Assembly: GCF_003018115.1 (NCBI RefSeq)
Contig: NZ_CP027457.1
DNA from: Escherichia coli
GTDB taxonomy: Bacteria > Pseudomonadota > Gammaproteobacteria > Enterobacterales > Enterobacteriaceae
Reading direction: 5' to 3' (one strand)
DNA length: 64,000 nucleotides
Position 1 is the first letter of the stretch; each line of letters opens with the position of its first letter. Under the pieces are notes generated by a model. It had not been told where the DNA came from and searched no databases. It saw nothing but the letters and a program-made list of their open reading frames with translations. Positions 1 to 13,522 of this stretch are shown here, piece after piece. The position numbers and the translations under genes were made by a program.

Positions 1-2
1 GG

Positions 3-272
3 GTGGAGAAAAACATCAAAGTGCCACTGACTGAACCCCAGAAAGCGGGGATCGCGTCATTCTGCCCGTATAACATTGGCCCCGGTAAGTGTTTCCCGTC
101 GACGTTTTATAAACGAATTAATGCAGGCGATCGCCGGGGTGCATGCGAGGCGATTCGCTGGTGGATTAAAGACGGTGGCAGAGACTGCCGTATCCGCTCA
201 AATAACTGTTATGGTCAGGTATCCCGTCGTGACCAGGAGAGCGCGCTGGCGTGCTGGGGTATCGACAGATAA
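3..272 (+). CDS. Phage endolysin (lysozyme-type), C-terminal part; 5' end outside window
   Basis: ORF runs to window edge; C-terminal motifs resemble prophage lysozymes; lies upstream of Rz/Rz1. Confidence 0.6.
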   Translation: MEKNIKVPLTEPQKAGIASFCPYNIGPGKCFPSTFYKRINAGDRRGACEAIRWWIKDGGRDCRIRSNNCYGQVSRRDQESALACWGIDR

Positions 273-546
273 GCAGAATATTTTGCTGAAAAATGACGTT
301 GGCCAACGCGGACGGATAACACGAAATCCTGCGAACTGGCAAAATGTAAGTGAATAACGTCAGGAACATTATTTCACGCAGAGGCACCGTAATGGTGCCT
401 TTGTCATTTCTGCGCTTCGCACAAGCGTAAATAAACCAAAGAACCTTTCAGGATGAGCCCTGGTGGATAACCGGCAGTGGTCTGGTTAACCCTCTTTGGG
501 CTGGTTATTCCTGTGCGCAGGGTTCATCACTAAAAGGAAATAACCG

Positions 547-1119
547 ATGAATATGATGACCGTGCCGTTTCACGGCGATTCTCTTTATGTGGTTAACCAT
601 AACGGCGAACCATACGTTCCCATGAAACCTGTCGTTGAGGGAATGGGTATGACCTGGCAGTCTCAACACCGCAAATTGATGGAGAGATTTAAGACCTGCA
701 TCATCGAAATGATGATTCAGCTCCCCGGTGATACTCAGCGTCGTCTGGTTATCTGTCTTGCTTTACGTAAACTTGCAGGTTGGCTGCAAACCATCAACCC
801 AAATAAAGTTAAACCTGAAATCCGCGACAGAGTCATTCAGTATCAGGAAGAGTGCGACGATGTTCTCTATGAATACTGGACGAAGGGTTTTGTCGTTAAT
901 CCTCGTCAAATGAGCGTGATGGAAGAACTCAATCAGGCTTGCGCTGACATGCAACGGGATAAAAACATTGTCAGTGTGTTTGCTACCGGGCTGAATGAGT
1001 GGAAACAGGTTAAAGCTGCGCATGTATCAAAAATCCGCACATTGATAAACGAAGCGAATCTGCTGATTGATTTTGTCCTAGCTGATACAGGCAAAGGGAA
1101 AATAACAAAGGCGGATTGA
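547..1119 (+). CDS. Phage antirepressor-like regulatory protein (accessory gene between endolysin and spanins)
   Basis: 190-aa ORF; N-terminal region resembles phage antirepressor N-terminal domains; family assignment from recall only. Confidence 0.5.
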   Translation: MNMMTVPFHGDSLYVVNHNGEPYVPMKPVVEGMGMTWQSQHRKLMERFKTCIIEMMIQLPGDTQRRLVICLALRKLAGWLQTINPNKVKPEIRDRVIQYQEECDDVLYEYWTKGFVVNPRQMSVMEELNQACADMQRDKNIVSVFATGLNEWKQVKAAHVSKIRTLINEANLLIDFVLADTGKGKITKAD

Positions 1120-1133
1120 TGGAGAGGTGGCTA

Positions 1134-1268
1134 ATGATATCGGATAAAATCATAACGCTGACAAAGACCATTTGTGTGATTGTCGGCGTTTCATTTTCGC
1201 TAATGATGGTTGCTCTTTTTCTTTCCATAGCCTGGATGGCGTTGAGTTCGGTAGGGCTGGTGGGGTGA
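1134..1268 (+). CDS. Hypothetical small hydrophobic protein (about 44 aa)
   Basis: Short ORF read from sequence with GGAGAGG Shine-Dalgarno-like motif just upstream; single hydrophobic stretch; stop overlaps Rz GTG start; below ORF-track size cut-off. Confidence 0.25.
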   Translation: MISDKIITLTKTICVIVGVSFSLMMVALFLSIAWMALSSVGLVG

Positions 1269-1708
1269 GCATAAACCGAATTATTTCCGCGTTTACCGTT
1301 ATTCTGCTGGTGGTCTGTGGTGTGCTTAGTCTGGGGCTGAATCATTACCGTGATAACGCCATCGCCTACAAAGAGCAGCGCGATAAAGCCACATCCATCA
1401 TCGATGATATGCAGAAGCGGCAACGTGATGTAGCAGAACTTGACGCCAGATACACAAAGGAGCTTGCTGATGCTAATGCGACTATCGAAAGTCTCCGTGC
1501 TGATGTTTCTGCTGGTCGTAAGCGCCTGCAAGTCGCCGCCACCTGTGCAAAGTCAACGACCGGAGCCAGCAGCATGGGCGATGGAGAAAGCCCAGGACTT
1601 ACAGCAGATGCTGAACTCAATTATTACCGTCTCAGAAGTGGAATCGACAAGATAACCGCGCAGGTTAACTACCTGCAGGAATACATCAGGACGCAATGCC
1701 TGAAATAA
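1265..1708 (+). CDS. Rz: Spanin inner-membrane subunit Rz (GTG start)
   Basis: Internal start of track ORF 1172..1708; product closely resembles lambda Rz (NHYRDNA..YK.QRDK and AGRKRL motifs). Confidence 0.85.
   Translation: MSINRIISAFTVILLVVCGVLSLGLNHYRDNAIAYKEQRDKATSIIDDMQKRQRDVAELDARYTKELADANATIESLRADVSAGRKRLQVAATCAKSTTGASSMGDGESPGLTADAELNYYRLRSGIDKITAQVNYLQEYIRTQCLK
1470..1655 (+). CDS. Rz1: Spanin outer-membrane lipoprotein Rz1, embedded in +1 frame of Rz
   Basis: 61-aa nested ORF with lipobox-like LVVSAC and proline-rich segment, as in lambda Rz1. Confidence 0.7.
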   Translation: MLMRLSKVSVLMFLLVVSACKSPPPVQSQRPEPAAWAMEKAQDLQQMLNSIITVSEVESTR

Positions 1709-1738
1709 TTTTTTTGCAAATCACAAAGTCCATTTAAT

Positions 1739-1765
1739 GAGCCCCGCGATGCGGGGCTTTTTTAT
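1739..1765 (+). terminator. Rho-independent terminator after Rz
   Basis: GC-rich hairpin (gccccgcg..gcggggc) followed by T run. Confidence 0.6.
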
Positions 1766-1910
1766 GTACGCAGTAAACGCGCTTCACACGCGCGACTTAT
1801 GAACACAGAACCTTTCAGGATGACCCTTGAGGATGCCGGTTTGGTGATCGGTGCCTTTCTGTGGGCCGGAATCCTGTGTGACAAGGTTCATCACTAAAAG
1901 GTGTGCACTG

Positions 1911-2453
1911 ATGAATTATCCAACTATCGTTAACGGCATCGATTTTCGAGATCTGATTTTTGTGGCAAACAACGATCCGGTTACAGATTCTTTTATGGTG
2001 GCAAAAGCATTTGGAAAGCTGCCGAAGAACGTAGTTCGTGACATTGAACGAACCATAGAAGCTTGCCCTCCTGGGTTTGATACAAAGCTCAACTTTGAGC
2101 TTTGCTATAAAAACAATGAGTTACAGAATGGTAAGCCGCAAAAATTCTACCGTCTCCGCAAGGATGGGTTGATGCTTTTGGTTATGTCCTACACCAAAAA
2201 AGAAGCAATGCGTATCAAAATTGCTTACATCAACGCATTTAACTGGATGTACGCCATGCTTCAGGTTGGTCATCGTCAATTTGAAGAAGAGAGAAATGCC
2301 GTAATGCTGGAGTACATGAAAGAGAAGGATGTTGCCAGCATGTCAGGTCGCCTGCTAAATCGCTGGGGCAAAATTAAGAAGCCACAGTTGCTGGCTAGAA
2401 TTGAACGCCTTGAACAGCACGGGCAAACCGTAATCCCCGGACTCATCAATTAA
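1911..2453 (+). CDS. Phage regulatory protein, Rha-like
   Basis: Internal Met of track ORF 1851..2453; N-terminal region resembles Rha-family phage regulatory proteins (recall). Confidence 0.55.
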   Translation: MNYPTIVNGIDFRDLIFVANNDPVTDSFMVAKAFGKLPKNVVRDIERTIEACPPGFDTKLNFELCYKNNELQNGKPQKFYRLRKDGLMLLVMSYTKKEAMRIKIAYINAFNWMYAMLQVGHRQFEEERNAVMLEYMKEKDVASMSGRLLNRWGKIKKPQLLARIERLEQHGQTVIPGLIN

Positions 2454-2934
2454 CGGCAGTACCGCGAAACAACCCAAGCCAGTAAGTGGGGAAATAACAC
2501 TGGCAGCCACTGAAAGATGAACCTCCAGCCTTATGGCAAAAAAGATTCTTTGTGGTGGCGGACTGATGGAAAGACATCGGTTATTGCAGAGGCCATTCAA
2601 TGAGTGGTCTCGACAATGGCTTATACCCTACACGGGATAACTTAATTGATATCCTTTTTAACGGATAAAGGCATTTCAGCCTGACATAGCCATGCGCCGT
2701 ATCGTCGCCGTATTCCTGCATTAACAGAGACCGCAGCCCGACAGGGAGACTCCTCTGCGAGAGTGTGCGGGGATAATCAAAAACGATACACACCGGGGTT
2801 TACCGCGTTAACGGAGCGCGGCGTTGTCCCCTCATGGTCGCTGGTCCGGTGCGATGGTGGAAGAAACTGGATTTTGTTGCAACTGATAACCATTATCATT
2901 TTACGGGTCCTTTCCGGCGATCCAGGCCGTTACG

Positions 2935-2946
2935 GGGCGGCGACCT
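2935..2946 (+). other. cosN cohesive-end sequence GGGCGGCGACCT
   Basis: Exact lambda 12-nt cohesive-end sequence read about 175 bp upstream of Nu1 start. Confidence 0.75.
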
Positions 2947-3121
2947 CGCGGGTTTTCGCTATTTATGAAAATTTTCCGGGGAAAATCATGTCGGTACTTC
3001 TCGAACATAACTATTTGTTTTTTCTAATATCGAATCCGTAAAGGTCCGACATGAAAACGCCTGAAAAAGTCATTTTCGGGCACTTTCATGTCGGACCCTG
3101 TATTTGTTGTGAGACTGTTTC

Positions 3122-3641
3122 ATGAAGGTTAATAAAAAGAAACTTGCCGAAATTTTCAACGTGGATCCGCGAACGATTGAACGCTGGCAGTCTCAGGGGC
3201 TCCCTTGCGTCTCCGGAGGTGGTAAGGGCGTTGAATCTGTATTTGATACCGCCACGGCAATTCAGTGGTATGCGCAGAGGGAAGCTGATATCGAAAATGA
3301 AAAACTCCGTAAAGAGGTTGAGGATTACAGGGCTGCCAGCGAGGCAGATCTCCAGCCTGGGACTATTGAGTACGAACGCCATCGACTTACGCGTGCGCAG
3401 GCTGACGCCCAGGAGCTGAAGAATGCCAGAGACTCCGCAGAAGTGGTGGAAACCGCATTCTGTACTTTCGTGCTGTCACGGATCGCAGGTGAAATTGCCA
3501 GTATTCTTGACGGGATCCCTCTCTCAGTACAGCGGCGTTTTCCGGAACTGGAAAACCGACATGTTGATTTCCTGAAACGGGATATTATCAAAGCCATGAA
3601 CAAAGCAGCCGCGCTGGATGAACTGATACCGGGGTTGCTGA

Positions 3642-3667
<26 letters not shown>
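3122..3667 (+). CDS. Nu1: Terminase small subunit
   Basis: 181-aa product near-identical by recall to lambda Nu1. Confidence 0.95.
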
Positions 3668-7348
<3,681 letters not shown>

Positions 7349-7368
<20 letters not shown>

Positions 7369-8668
7369 TCTCCCGCATATTGCCAGCATGGCCTTTAATG
7401 AGCCGCTGATGCTTGAACCCGCCTATGCGCGGGTTTTCTTTTGTGCACTTGCAGGCCAGCTTGGGATCAGCCGCCTGACGGATGCAGTATCCGGCGACAG
7501 CCTGACTGCCGGAGAGGCACCCGCGGCGCTGGCGTTATCCGTTGATGATGACGGACCACGACAGGCCCGCAGTTATCAGGTCATGAACGGCATCGCCGTG
7601 CTGCCGGTGTCCGGCACGCTGGTCAGCCGGACGCGGGCGCTGCAGCCGTATTCGGGGATGAGCGGTTACAACGGCATTATCGCCCGTCTGCAACAGGCTG
7701 CCAGCGACCCGATGGTGGACGGCATTCTGCTCGATATGGACACGCCCGGTGGAATGGTGGCAGGGGCATTTGACTGCGCTGACATCATCGCCCGTGTGCG
7801 TGACATAAAGCCGGTATGGGCGCTGGCCAACGACATGAACTGCAGTGCAGGTCAGCTGCTTGCCAGCGCCGCCTCCCGGCGTCTGGTCACGCAGACCGCC
7901 CGGACAGGCTCCATCGGCGTCATGATGGCTCACAGTAATTACGGCGCTGCGCTGGAGAAACAGGGCGTGGAAATCACGCTGATTTACAGCGGCAGCCATA
8001 AGGTGGATGGCAACCCCTACAGCCATCTACCGGATGATGTCCGGGAAACACTGCAGTCCCGGATGGATGCAACCCGCCGGATGTTTGCACAGAAGGTATC
8101 GGCATATACCGGCCTGTCCGTGCAGGCTGTGCTGGATACCGAGGCTGCAGTGTACAGCGGTCAGGAGGCCATTGATGCCGGACTGGCTGATGAACTTGTT
8201 AACAGTACCGATGCGATCACCGTCATGCGTGATGCACTGGATGCACGTAAATCCCGTCTCTCAGGAGGGCGAATGACCAAAGAGACTCAATCAACAACGG
8301 TTTCAGCCACTGCTTCGCAGGCTGACGTTACTGACGTGGTGCCAGCGACGGAGGGCGAGAACGCCAGCGCGGCGCAGCCGGACGTGAACGCGCAGATCAC
8401 CGCAGCGGTTGCGGCAGAAAACAGTCGCATTATGGGGATCCTCAACTGTGAGGAGGCTCACGGACGCGAAGAACAGGCACGCGTGCTGGCCGAAACCCCT
8501 GGTATGACCGTGGAAACGGCCCGCCGCATTCTGGCAGCTGCACCACAGAGTGCACAGGCGCGCAGTGACACTGCGCTGGATCGTCTGATGCAGGGGGCAC
8601 CGGCACCGCTGGCTGCAGGTAACCCGGCATCTGATGCCGTTAACGATTTGCTGAACACACCAGTGTAA
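7349..8668 (+). CDS. C: Head maturation protease / minor capsid protein C (GTG start)
   Basis: In-frame internal start of track ORF 7214..8668; product matches lambda gpC. Confidence 0.9.
8273..8668 (+). CDS. Nu3: Capsid scaffolding protein Nu3, nested in-frame in 3' part of C
   Basis: Internal ATG (MTKETQ...) in the C frame, as for lambda Nu3. Confidence 0.7.
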   Translation: MTKETQSTTVSATASQADVTDVVPATEGENASAAQPDVNAQITAAVAAENSRIMGILNCEEAHGREEQARVLAETPGMTVETARRILAAAPQSAQARSDTALDRLMQGAPAPLAAGNPASDAVNDLLNTPV

Positions 8669-8677
8669 GGGATGTTT

Positions 8678-9010
8678 ATGACGAGCAAAGAAACCTTTAC
8701 CCATTACCAGCCGCTGGGCAACAGTGACCCGGCACATACCGCAACCGCGCCCGGCGGACTGAGTGCGAAAGCGCCTGCAATGACCCCGTTGATGCTGGAC
8801 ACCTCCACTCGTAAGCTGGTTGCGTGGGATGGCACCACCGACGGTGCTGCCGTTGGCATTCTGGCGGTTGCTGCTGACCAGACCAGCACCACGCTGACGT
8901 TCTACAAGTCCGGCACGTTCCGTTATGAGGATGTCCTCTGGCCGGAGGCTGCCAGCGACGAGACGAAAAAACGGACCGCGTTTGCCGGAACGGCAATCAG
9001 CATCGTTTAA
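8678..9010 (+). CDS. D: Head decoration protein D
   Basis: Product matches lambda gpD. Confidence 0.9.
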   Translation: MTSKETFTHYQPLGNSDPAHTATAPGGLSAKAPAMTPLMLDTSTRKLVAWDGTTDGAAVGILAVAADQTSTTLTFYKSGTFRYEDVLWPEAASDETKKRTAFAGTAISIV

Positions 9011-9030
9011 CCTGACCCTTCATCACTAAG

Positions 9031-9051
9031 GCCGCCTGTGCGGCTTTTTTT
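9031..9051 (+). terminator. Hairpin plus T run between D and E (possible attenuator)
   Basis: gccgcctgtgcggc hairpin followed by T run. Confidence 0.4.
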
Positions 9052-9064
9052 ACGGGATTTTTTT

Positions 9065-10090
9065 ATGTCGATGTACACAACCGCCCAGCTGCTGGCGGCA
9101 AATGAGCAGAAATTTAAGTTTGATCCGCTGTTTCTGCGTCTTTTTTTCCGTGAGAGCTATCCCTTCACCACGGAGAAAGTCTATCTCTCACAAATTCCTG
9201 GACTGGTAAACATGGCGCTGTACGTTTCGCCGATTGTTTCCGGTGAGGTTATCCGTTCCCGTGGCGGCTCCACCTCTGAATTTACGCCGGGATATGTCAA
9301 GCCGAAGCATGAGGTGAATCCCCAGATGACCCTGCGTCGCCTGCCGGATGAAGATCCACAGAATCTGGCGGACCCGGCTTACCGCCGCCGTCGCATCATC
9401 CTGCAGAACATGCGAGACGAAGAGCTGGCCATTGCTCAGGTCGAAGAGATGCAGGCAGTTTCTGCCGTGCTTAAGGGCAAATACACCATGACCGGTGAAG
9501 CCTTCGATCCGGTTGAGGTGGATATGGGCCGCAGTGAGGAGAATAACATCACGCAGTCCGGCGGCACGGAGTGGAGCAAGCGTGACAAGTCCACGTATGA
9601 CCCGACCGACGATATCGAAGCCTGCGCGCTGAACGCCAGCGGTGTGGTGAATATCATCGTGTTCGATCCGAAAGGCTGGGCGCTGTTCCGTTCCTTCAAA
9701 GCCGTCAGGGAGAAGCTGGATACCCGTCGTGGCTCTCATTCCGAGCTGGAGACAGCGGTGAAAGACCTGGGTAAAGCGGTGTCCTATAAGGGGATGTATG
9801 GCGATGTGGCCATCGTCGTGTATTCCGGACAGTACGTGGAAAATGGTGTCAAAAATAACTTCCTGCCGGACAACACAATGGTGCTGGGGAACACTCAGGC
9901 ACGCGGTCTGCGCACCTATGGCTGCATTCAGGATGCGGACGCACAGCGCGAAGGCATTAACGCCTCTTCCCGTTACCCGAAAAACTGGGTGACCACCGGC
10001 GATCCGGCGCGAGAGTTCACCATGATTCAGTCAGCACCGCTGATGCTGCTGGCTGACCCTGATGAGTTCGTGTCCGTACAACTGGCGTAA
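9065..10090 (+). CDS. E: Major capsid protein E
   Basis: Internal Met of track ORF 9038..10090; 341-aa product matches lambda gpE. Confidence 0.97.
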   Translation: MSMYTTAQLLAANEQKFKFDPLFLRLFFRESYPFTTEKVYLSQIPGLVNMALYVSPIVSGEVIRSRGGSTSEFTPGYVKPKHEVNPQMTLRRLPDEDPQNLADPAYRRRRIILQNMRDEELAIAQVEEMQAVSAVLKGKYTMTGEAFDPVEVDMGRSEENNITQSGGTEWSKRDKSTYDPTDDIEACALNASGVVNIIVFDPKGWALFRSFKAVREKLDTRRGSHSELETAVKDLGKAVSYKGMYGDVAIVVYSGQYVENGVKNNFLPDNTMVLGNTQARGLRTYGCIQDADAQREGINASSRYPKNWVTTGDPAREFTMIQSAPLMLLADPDEFVSVQLA

Positions 10091-10131
10091 TCATGGCCCT
10101 TCGGGGCCATTGTTTCTCTGTGGAGGAGTCC

Positions 10132-10530
10132 ATGACAAAAGATGAACTGATTGCCCGTCTCCGCTCCCTGGGTGAACAACTGAACCGTGATGTCAGCCTG
10201 ACGGGGACGAAAAAAGAACTGGCACTCCGTGTGGCAGAGCTGGAGGAGGAGCTTGATGACACGGATGAAACTTCCGGTCAGGATACCCCTCTCAGCCCGG
10301 AAAATGTGCTTACCGTACATAAAAATGAGGTGGTATCAGCGCAGCCAGATACAGTGATTCAGGATACGTCTGAGCTGGTCACGGTCGTGGCACTGGTGAA
10401 GCTGCATACTGATGCACTTCACGCCATGCGGGATGAACCTGTGGCATTTGTGCTGCCGGGAACGGCGTTTCGTGTCTCTGCCGGTGTGGCAGCCGAAATG
10501 ACAGAGCGCGGCCTGGCCAGAATGCAATAA
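10132..10530 (+). CDS. FI: DNA packaging protein FI
   Basis: Internal Met of track ORF 10093..10530; product matches lambda gpFI. Confidence 0.85.
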   Translation: MTKDELIARLRSLGEQLNRDVSLTGTKKELALRVAELEEELDDTDETSGQDTPLSPENVLTVHKNEVVSAQPDTVIQDTSELVTVVALVKLHTDALHAMRDEPVAFVLPGTAFRVSAGVAAEMTERGLARMQ

Positions 10531-10541
10531 CGGGAGGTGCT

Positions 10542-10895
10542 GTGGCTGATTTCGATAACCTGTTCGATGCTGCCATTGCCCGTGCTGATGAAACGATACG
10601 CGGGTACATGGGAACGTCAGCCACCATGACATCCGGTGAGCAGTCCGGTGCTGTGATACGTGGTGTTTTTGATGACCCTGAAAATATCAGCTATGCCGGA
10701 ATGGGTGTCCGCGTTGAAGGCTCTACACCGTCATTATTTGTGCGGACGGATACGGTGCGTGCCGTGCGGCGTGGTGACACGATGACCATTAACGGCGGGA
10801 TTTTCTGGGTGGATCGTGTTTCTACGGATGACGGGGGCAGCTGTTATCTCTGGCTCAACCGTGGGCAACCACCCGCTGTTAACCGGCGACGATAA
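10542..10895 (+). CDS. FII: Head-tail connector protein FII (GTG start)
   Basis: Product matches lambda gpFII. Confidence 0.9.
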   Translation: MADFDNLFDAAIARADETIRGYMGTSATMTSGEQSGAVIRGVFDDPENISYAGMGVRVEGSTPSLFVRTDTVRAVRRGDTMTINGGIFWVDRVSTDDGGSCYLWLNRGQPPAVNRRR

Positions 10896-10910
10896 ACGCA
10901 GGGTGAAATT

Positions 10911-11486
10911 ATGGCGATAAAAGGGCTTGATCAGGCGATTGACAATCTGAGCCGGGTTCGTAAAAACGCCATTCCGGCGGCTTCAGCAATGACGATTAAC
11001 CGCGTGGCCACAACGGCGATTAATCAGTCTTCATCACAGGTTGCCCGGGAGACAAAGGTACGCCGGAAACTGGTTAAGGAACGGTCCAGACTGAAACGGG
11101 CCACGGTCAGAAATCCGAATGCCAGAATTATCGTTAACCGCGGTGATCTCCCTGTGATTAAGCTGGGGATCAGAATGCTGGGGCGTCGTCCGGACAGCAT
11201 ACTCAAAGCCGGTCAGCATCGTTATCAGCGGGCATTTATCCAGCGATTAAATAATGAGCGCTGGCATGTTATGCAACGTCTTCCCCAGGCCAGATATGAG
11301 GAGGGCAATGATGACAAGGGCAGGAAAAAGCGTAATCGCCTTCCCATTCAGGTGGTGAAAATCCCGATGGCGGCCCCACTGAAACAGGCGTTTGATGAAA
11401 ACGTTGACCGTATCCGTCGAGAACGCCTGCCCAAAGAACTGGCATATGCGCTGAAACAACAACTGAGGATTGCGATAAAACGATGA
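10911..11486 (+). CDS. Z: Tail completion protein Z
   Basis: Product matches lambda gpZ. Confidence 0.9.
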   Translation: MAIKGLDQAIDNLSRVRKNAIPAASAMTINRVATTAINQSSSQVARETKVRRKLVKERSRLKRATVRNPNARIIVNRGDLPVIKLGIRMLGRRPDSILKAGQHRYQRAFIQRLNNERWHVMQRLPQARYEEGNDDKGRKKRNRLPIQVVKIPMAAPLKQAFDENVDRIRRERLPKELAYALKQQLRIAIKR

Positions 11487-11878
11487 AACATACTGATATT
11501 CGTGCCGCAGTGCTGGATGCACTCGAGCAGCATGAACACGGGGCGACGCTGTTTGATGGTCGCCCCGTTGTTTTTGACGAAGAGGATTTTCCCGCGATCG
11601 CGGTTTATCTGACGGATGCAGAGTATACCGGTGAAGAGCTGGATGCAGATACCTGGCGGGCCACACTGCATATTGAGGTGTTTTTACCGGCACAGGTACC
11701 GGATTCAGAGCTTGATCTGTGGATGGAAAGCCGGATTTACCCGGCGATAACTGCGATCCCGGCACTGGCGGGCATGATTACCGCGATGGTTACGCAGGGC
11801 TATGAGTATCGTCGTGATGACGATATGGCATTGTGGAGTTCTGCAGATCTGACTTATTCCATTACATACGAGATGTGA
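11483..11878 (+). CDS. U: Tail terminator protein U
   Basis: Product matches lambda gpU. Confidence 0.9.
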   Translation: MKHTDIRAAVLDALEQHEHGATLFDGRPVVFDEEDFPAIAVYLTDAEYTGEELDADTWRATLHIEVFLPAQVPDSELDLWMESRIYPAITAIPALAGMITAMVTQGYEYRRDDDMALWSSADLTYSITYEM

Positions 11879-11885
11879 GGACGAT

Positions 11886-12635
11886 ATGGCAACACCAAAT
11901 CCCCTGGAGCCGGTAAAAGGTGCCGGTACCACACTGTGGGTTTACACCGGCAAGGGTGATGCTTATGCAAACCCGTTGTCAGACGATGAGTGGACGCGCC
12001 TGGCAAAAATAAAAGATCTGACCCCCGGCGAGATGACGGCAGAATCCTACGATGATAACTATCTGGATGATGAGGATGCTGACTGGGTATCCACCGGGCA
12101 GGGGCAGAAATCTGCCGGTGACACCAGTTTTACGCTGGCCTGGAAGCCGGGCGAGAAAGGGCAGCGCGATTTGATTGCCTGGTTTGACAGCAGTGAGAGC
12201 CGGGCCTACAAAATCCGTTTCCCGAATGGCACGGTGGATGTGTTTCGTGGCTGGGTGAGCGCCATTGGTAAAGCGGTGACCGCCAAAGAGGTGATCACCC
12301 GTACGGTAAAAATCACCAATATCGGTCGTCCGTCGCTGGCGGAAGATCAGGGGGACATCACACCGGTCACCGGTATTACCGTGACGCCACCAACGGGCAA
12401 TGTGGCAAAAGGTCAGAATATCACCCTGACCGTGGCTGTTCAGCCGGAAGGGGCGACGGATAAAACCTTCCGCGCCACGTCGGCGAATCAGAATTTTGCG
12501 ACCATTACCGTGAAAGGGAACACGATCACGGTGAAAGGTGTTGCGGCCGGTAAAGCGCAGATCCCTGTTGTCACCGGCAATGGTGAGTTTGCGGCGGTGG
12601 CGGAGATCACCGTCACGGATGGCGCTGCAGGCTGA
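11886..12635 (+). CDS. V: Major tail tube protein V
   Basis: Product matches lambda gpV. Confidence 0.95.
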   Translation: MATPNPLEPVKGAGTTLWVYTGKGDAYANPLSDDEWTRLAKIKDLTPGEMTAESYDDNYLDDEDADWVSTGQGQKSAGDTSFTLAWKPGEKGQRDLIAWFDSSESRAYKIRFPNGTVDVFRGWVSAIGKAVTAKEVITRTVKITNIGRPSLAEDQGDITPVTGITVTPPTGNVAKGQNITLTVAVQPEGATDKTFRATSANQNFATITVKGNTITVKGVAAGKAQIPVVTGNGEFAAVAEITVTDGAAG

Positions 12636-12650
12636 GAGGGGAGATAAAGC

Positions 12651-13082
12651 ATGTTTCTGAAAACAGAACAATTTGAATATAACGGTGTGTCTGTCACGCT
12701 TTCTGAGCTGTCTGCGCTGCAGCGTATTGAGCATCTTGCCCTCCTGAAACGGCGGGCAGAAGAGGCAGAAGCCAGCGGCAACCTGCAGGTGAGCGTGGAA
12801 GACCTTGTCAGAACCGGGGCGTTTCTGGTGGCGATGTCCCTGTGGCATAACCATCCACAGAAAACGCAGTCACCGTCAATGAATGAGGCCGTGATGAAGA
12901 TAGAGCAGGAAGTGCTCACCACCTGGCCTGCCGATGCCATTGCCCGGGCGGAAGACGTTGTGTTGTGCCTGTCCGGGATGATCGAAGCTGTTCGTCCGGA
13001 TACTGATATTACTGAAGTGGCGAAAAATAACACGCTGACTGATGATGATTTTTCTGCGGGAAAGTCTTCGACGGCGAGCTGA
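12651..13082 (+). CDS. G: Tail assembly chaperone G
   Basis: Product matches lambda gpG. Confidence 0.9.
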   Translation: MFLKTEQFEYNGVSVTLSELSALQRIEHLALLKRRAEEAEASGNLQVSVEDLVRTGAFLVAMSLWHNHPQKTQSPSMNEAVMKIEQEVLTTWPADAIARAEDVVLCLSGMIEAVRPDTDITEVAKNNTLTDDDFSAGKSSTAS

Positions 13083-13522
13083 ACTTTGCCCTCAGACTGG
13101 CGCGTGAGATGGGGAGACCCGACTGGCGCGCCATGCTTGCCGGGATGACATCCACCGAATATGCCGACTGGCGACGTTTTTACCGCACGCATTATTTTCA
13201 CGATACCCAGCTGGATATGCATTTTTCCGGGCTGACGTACGCCGTACTCAGCCTGTTTTTATACGATCCGGATATGCATCCCTCGGATTTCAGTCTGCTT
13301 GTCCCCCGGCGTGAGGAAGCGCAGACGGAGAGGCCGGATGAGGAAGACATGCTGATGCAGAAAGCGGCAGGACTTGCCGGAGGCGTCCGGTTCGGCGGGG
13401 AGGGCGGGGGCGATATTTCACCTTCTGCGGATGTGGTGGATGTCAGCGAGGATGATGTCGCATTAATGATGGCTTCTGCGGGGATTTCCGGAGGTGTGAG
13501 ATATGTCCCAGCCGGTTGGTGA
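12651..13522 (+). CDS. GT: Tail assembly chaperone G-T fusion made by programmed -1 frameshift
   Basis: Slippery heptamer G GGA AAG near 13058..13064 at end of G; T frame (track ORF 13109..13522) is open in the -1 frame from the slip site; matches the lambda G/GT arrangement. Confidence 0.7.

Noticed and set aside
76-357. 93-aa plus-strand ORF overlapping the endolysin 3' end
   Set aside because: Overlaps the better-supported endolysin frame and runs into non-coding leader; likely spurious.
2460-2930. Possible bor-like or other accessory gene between the Rha-like gene and cos
   Set aside because: Only short overlapping ORFs with no recognisable features; treated as the non-coding cos-proximal region.
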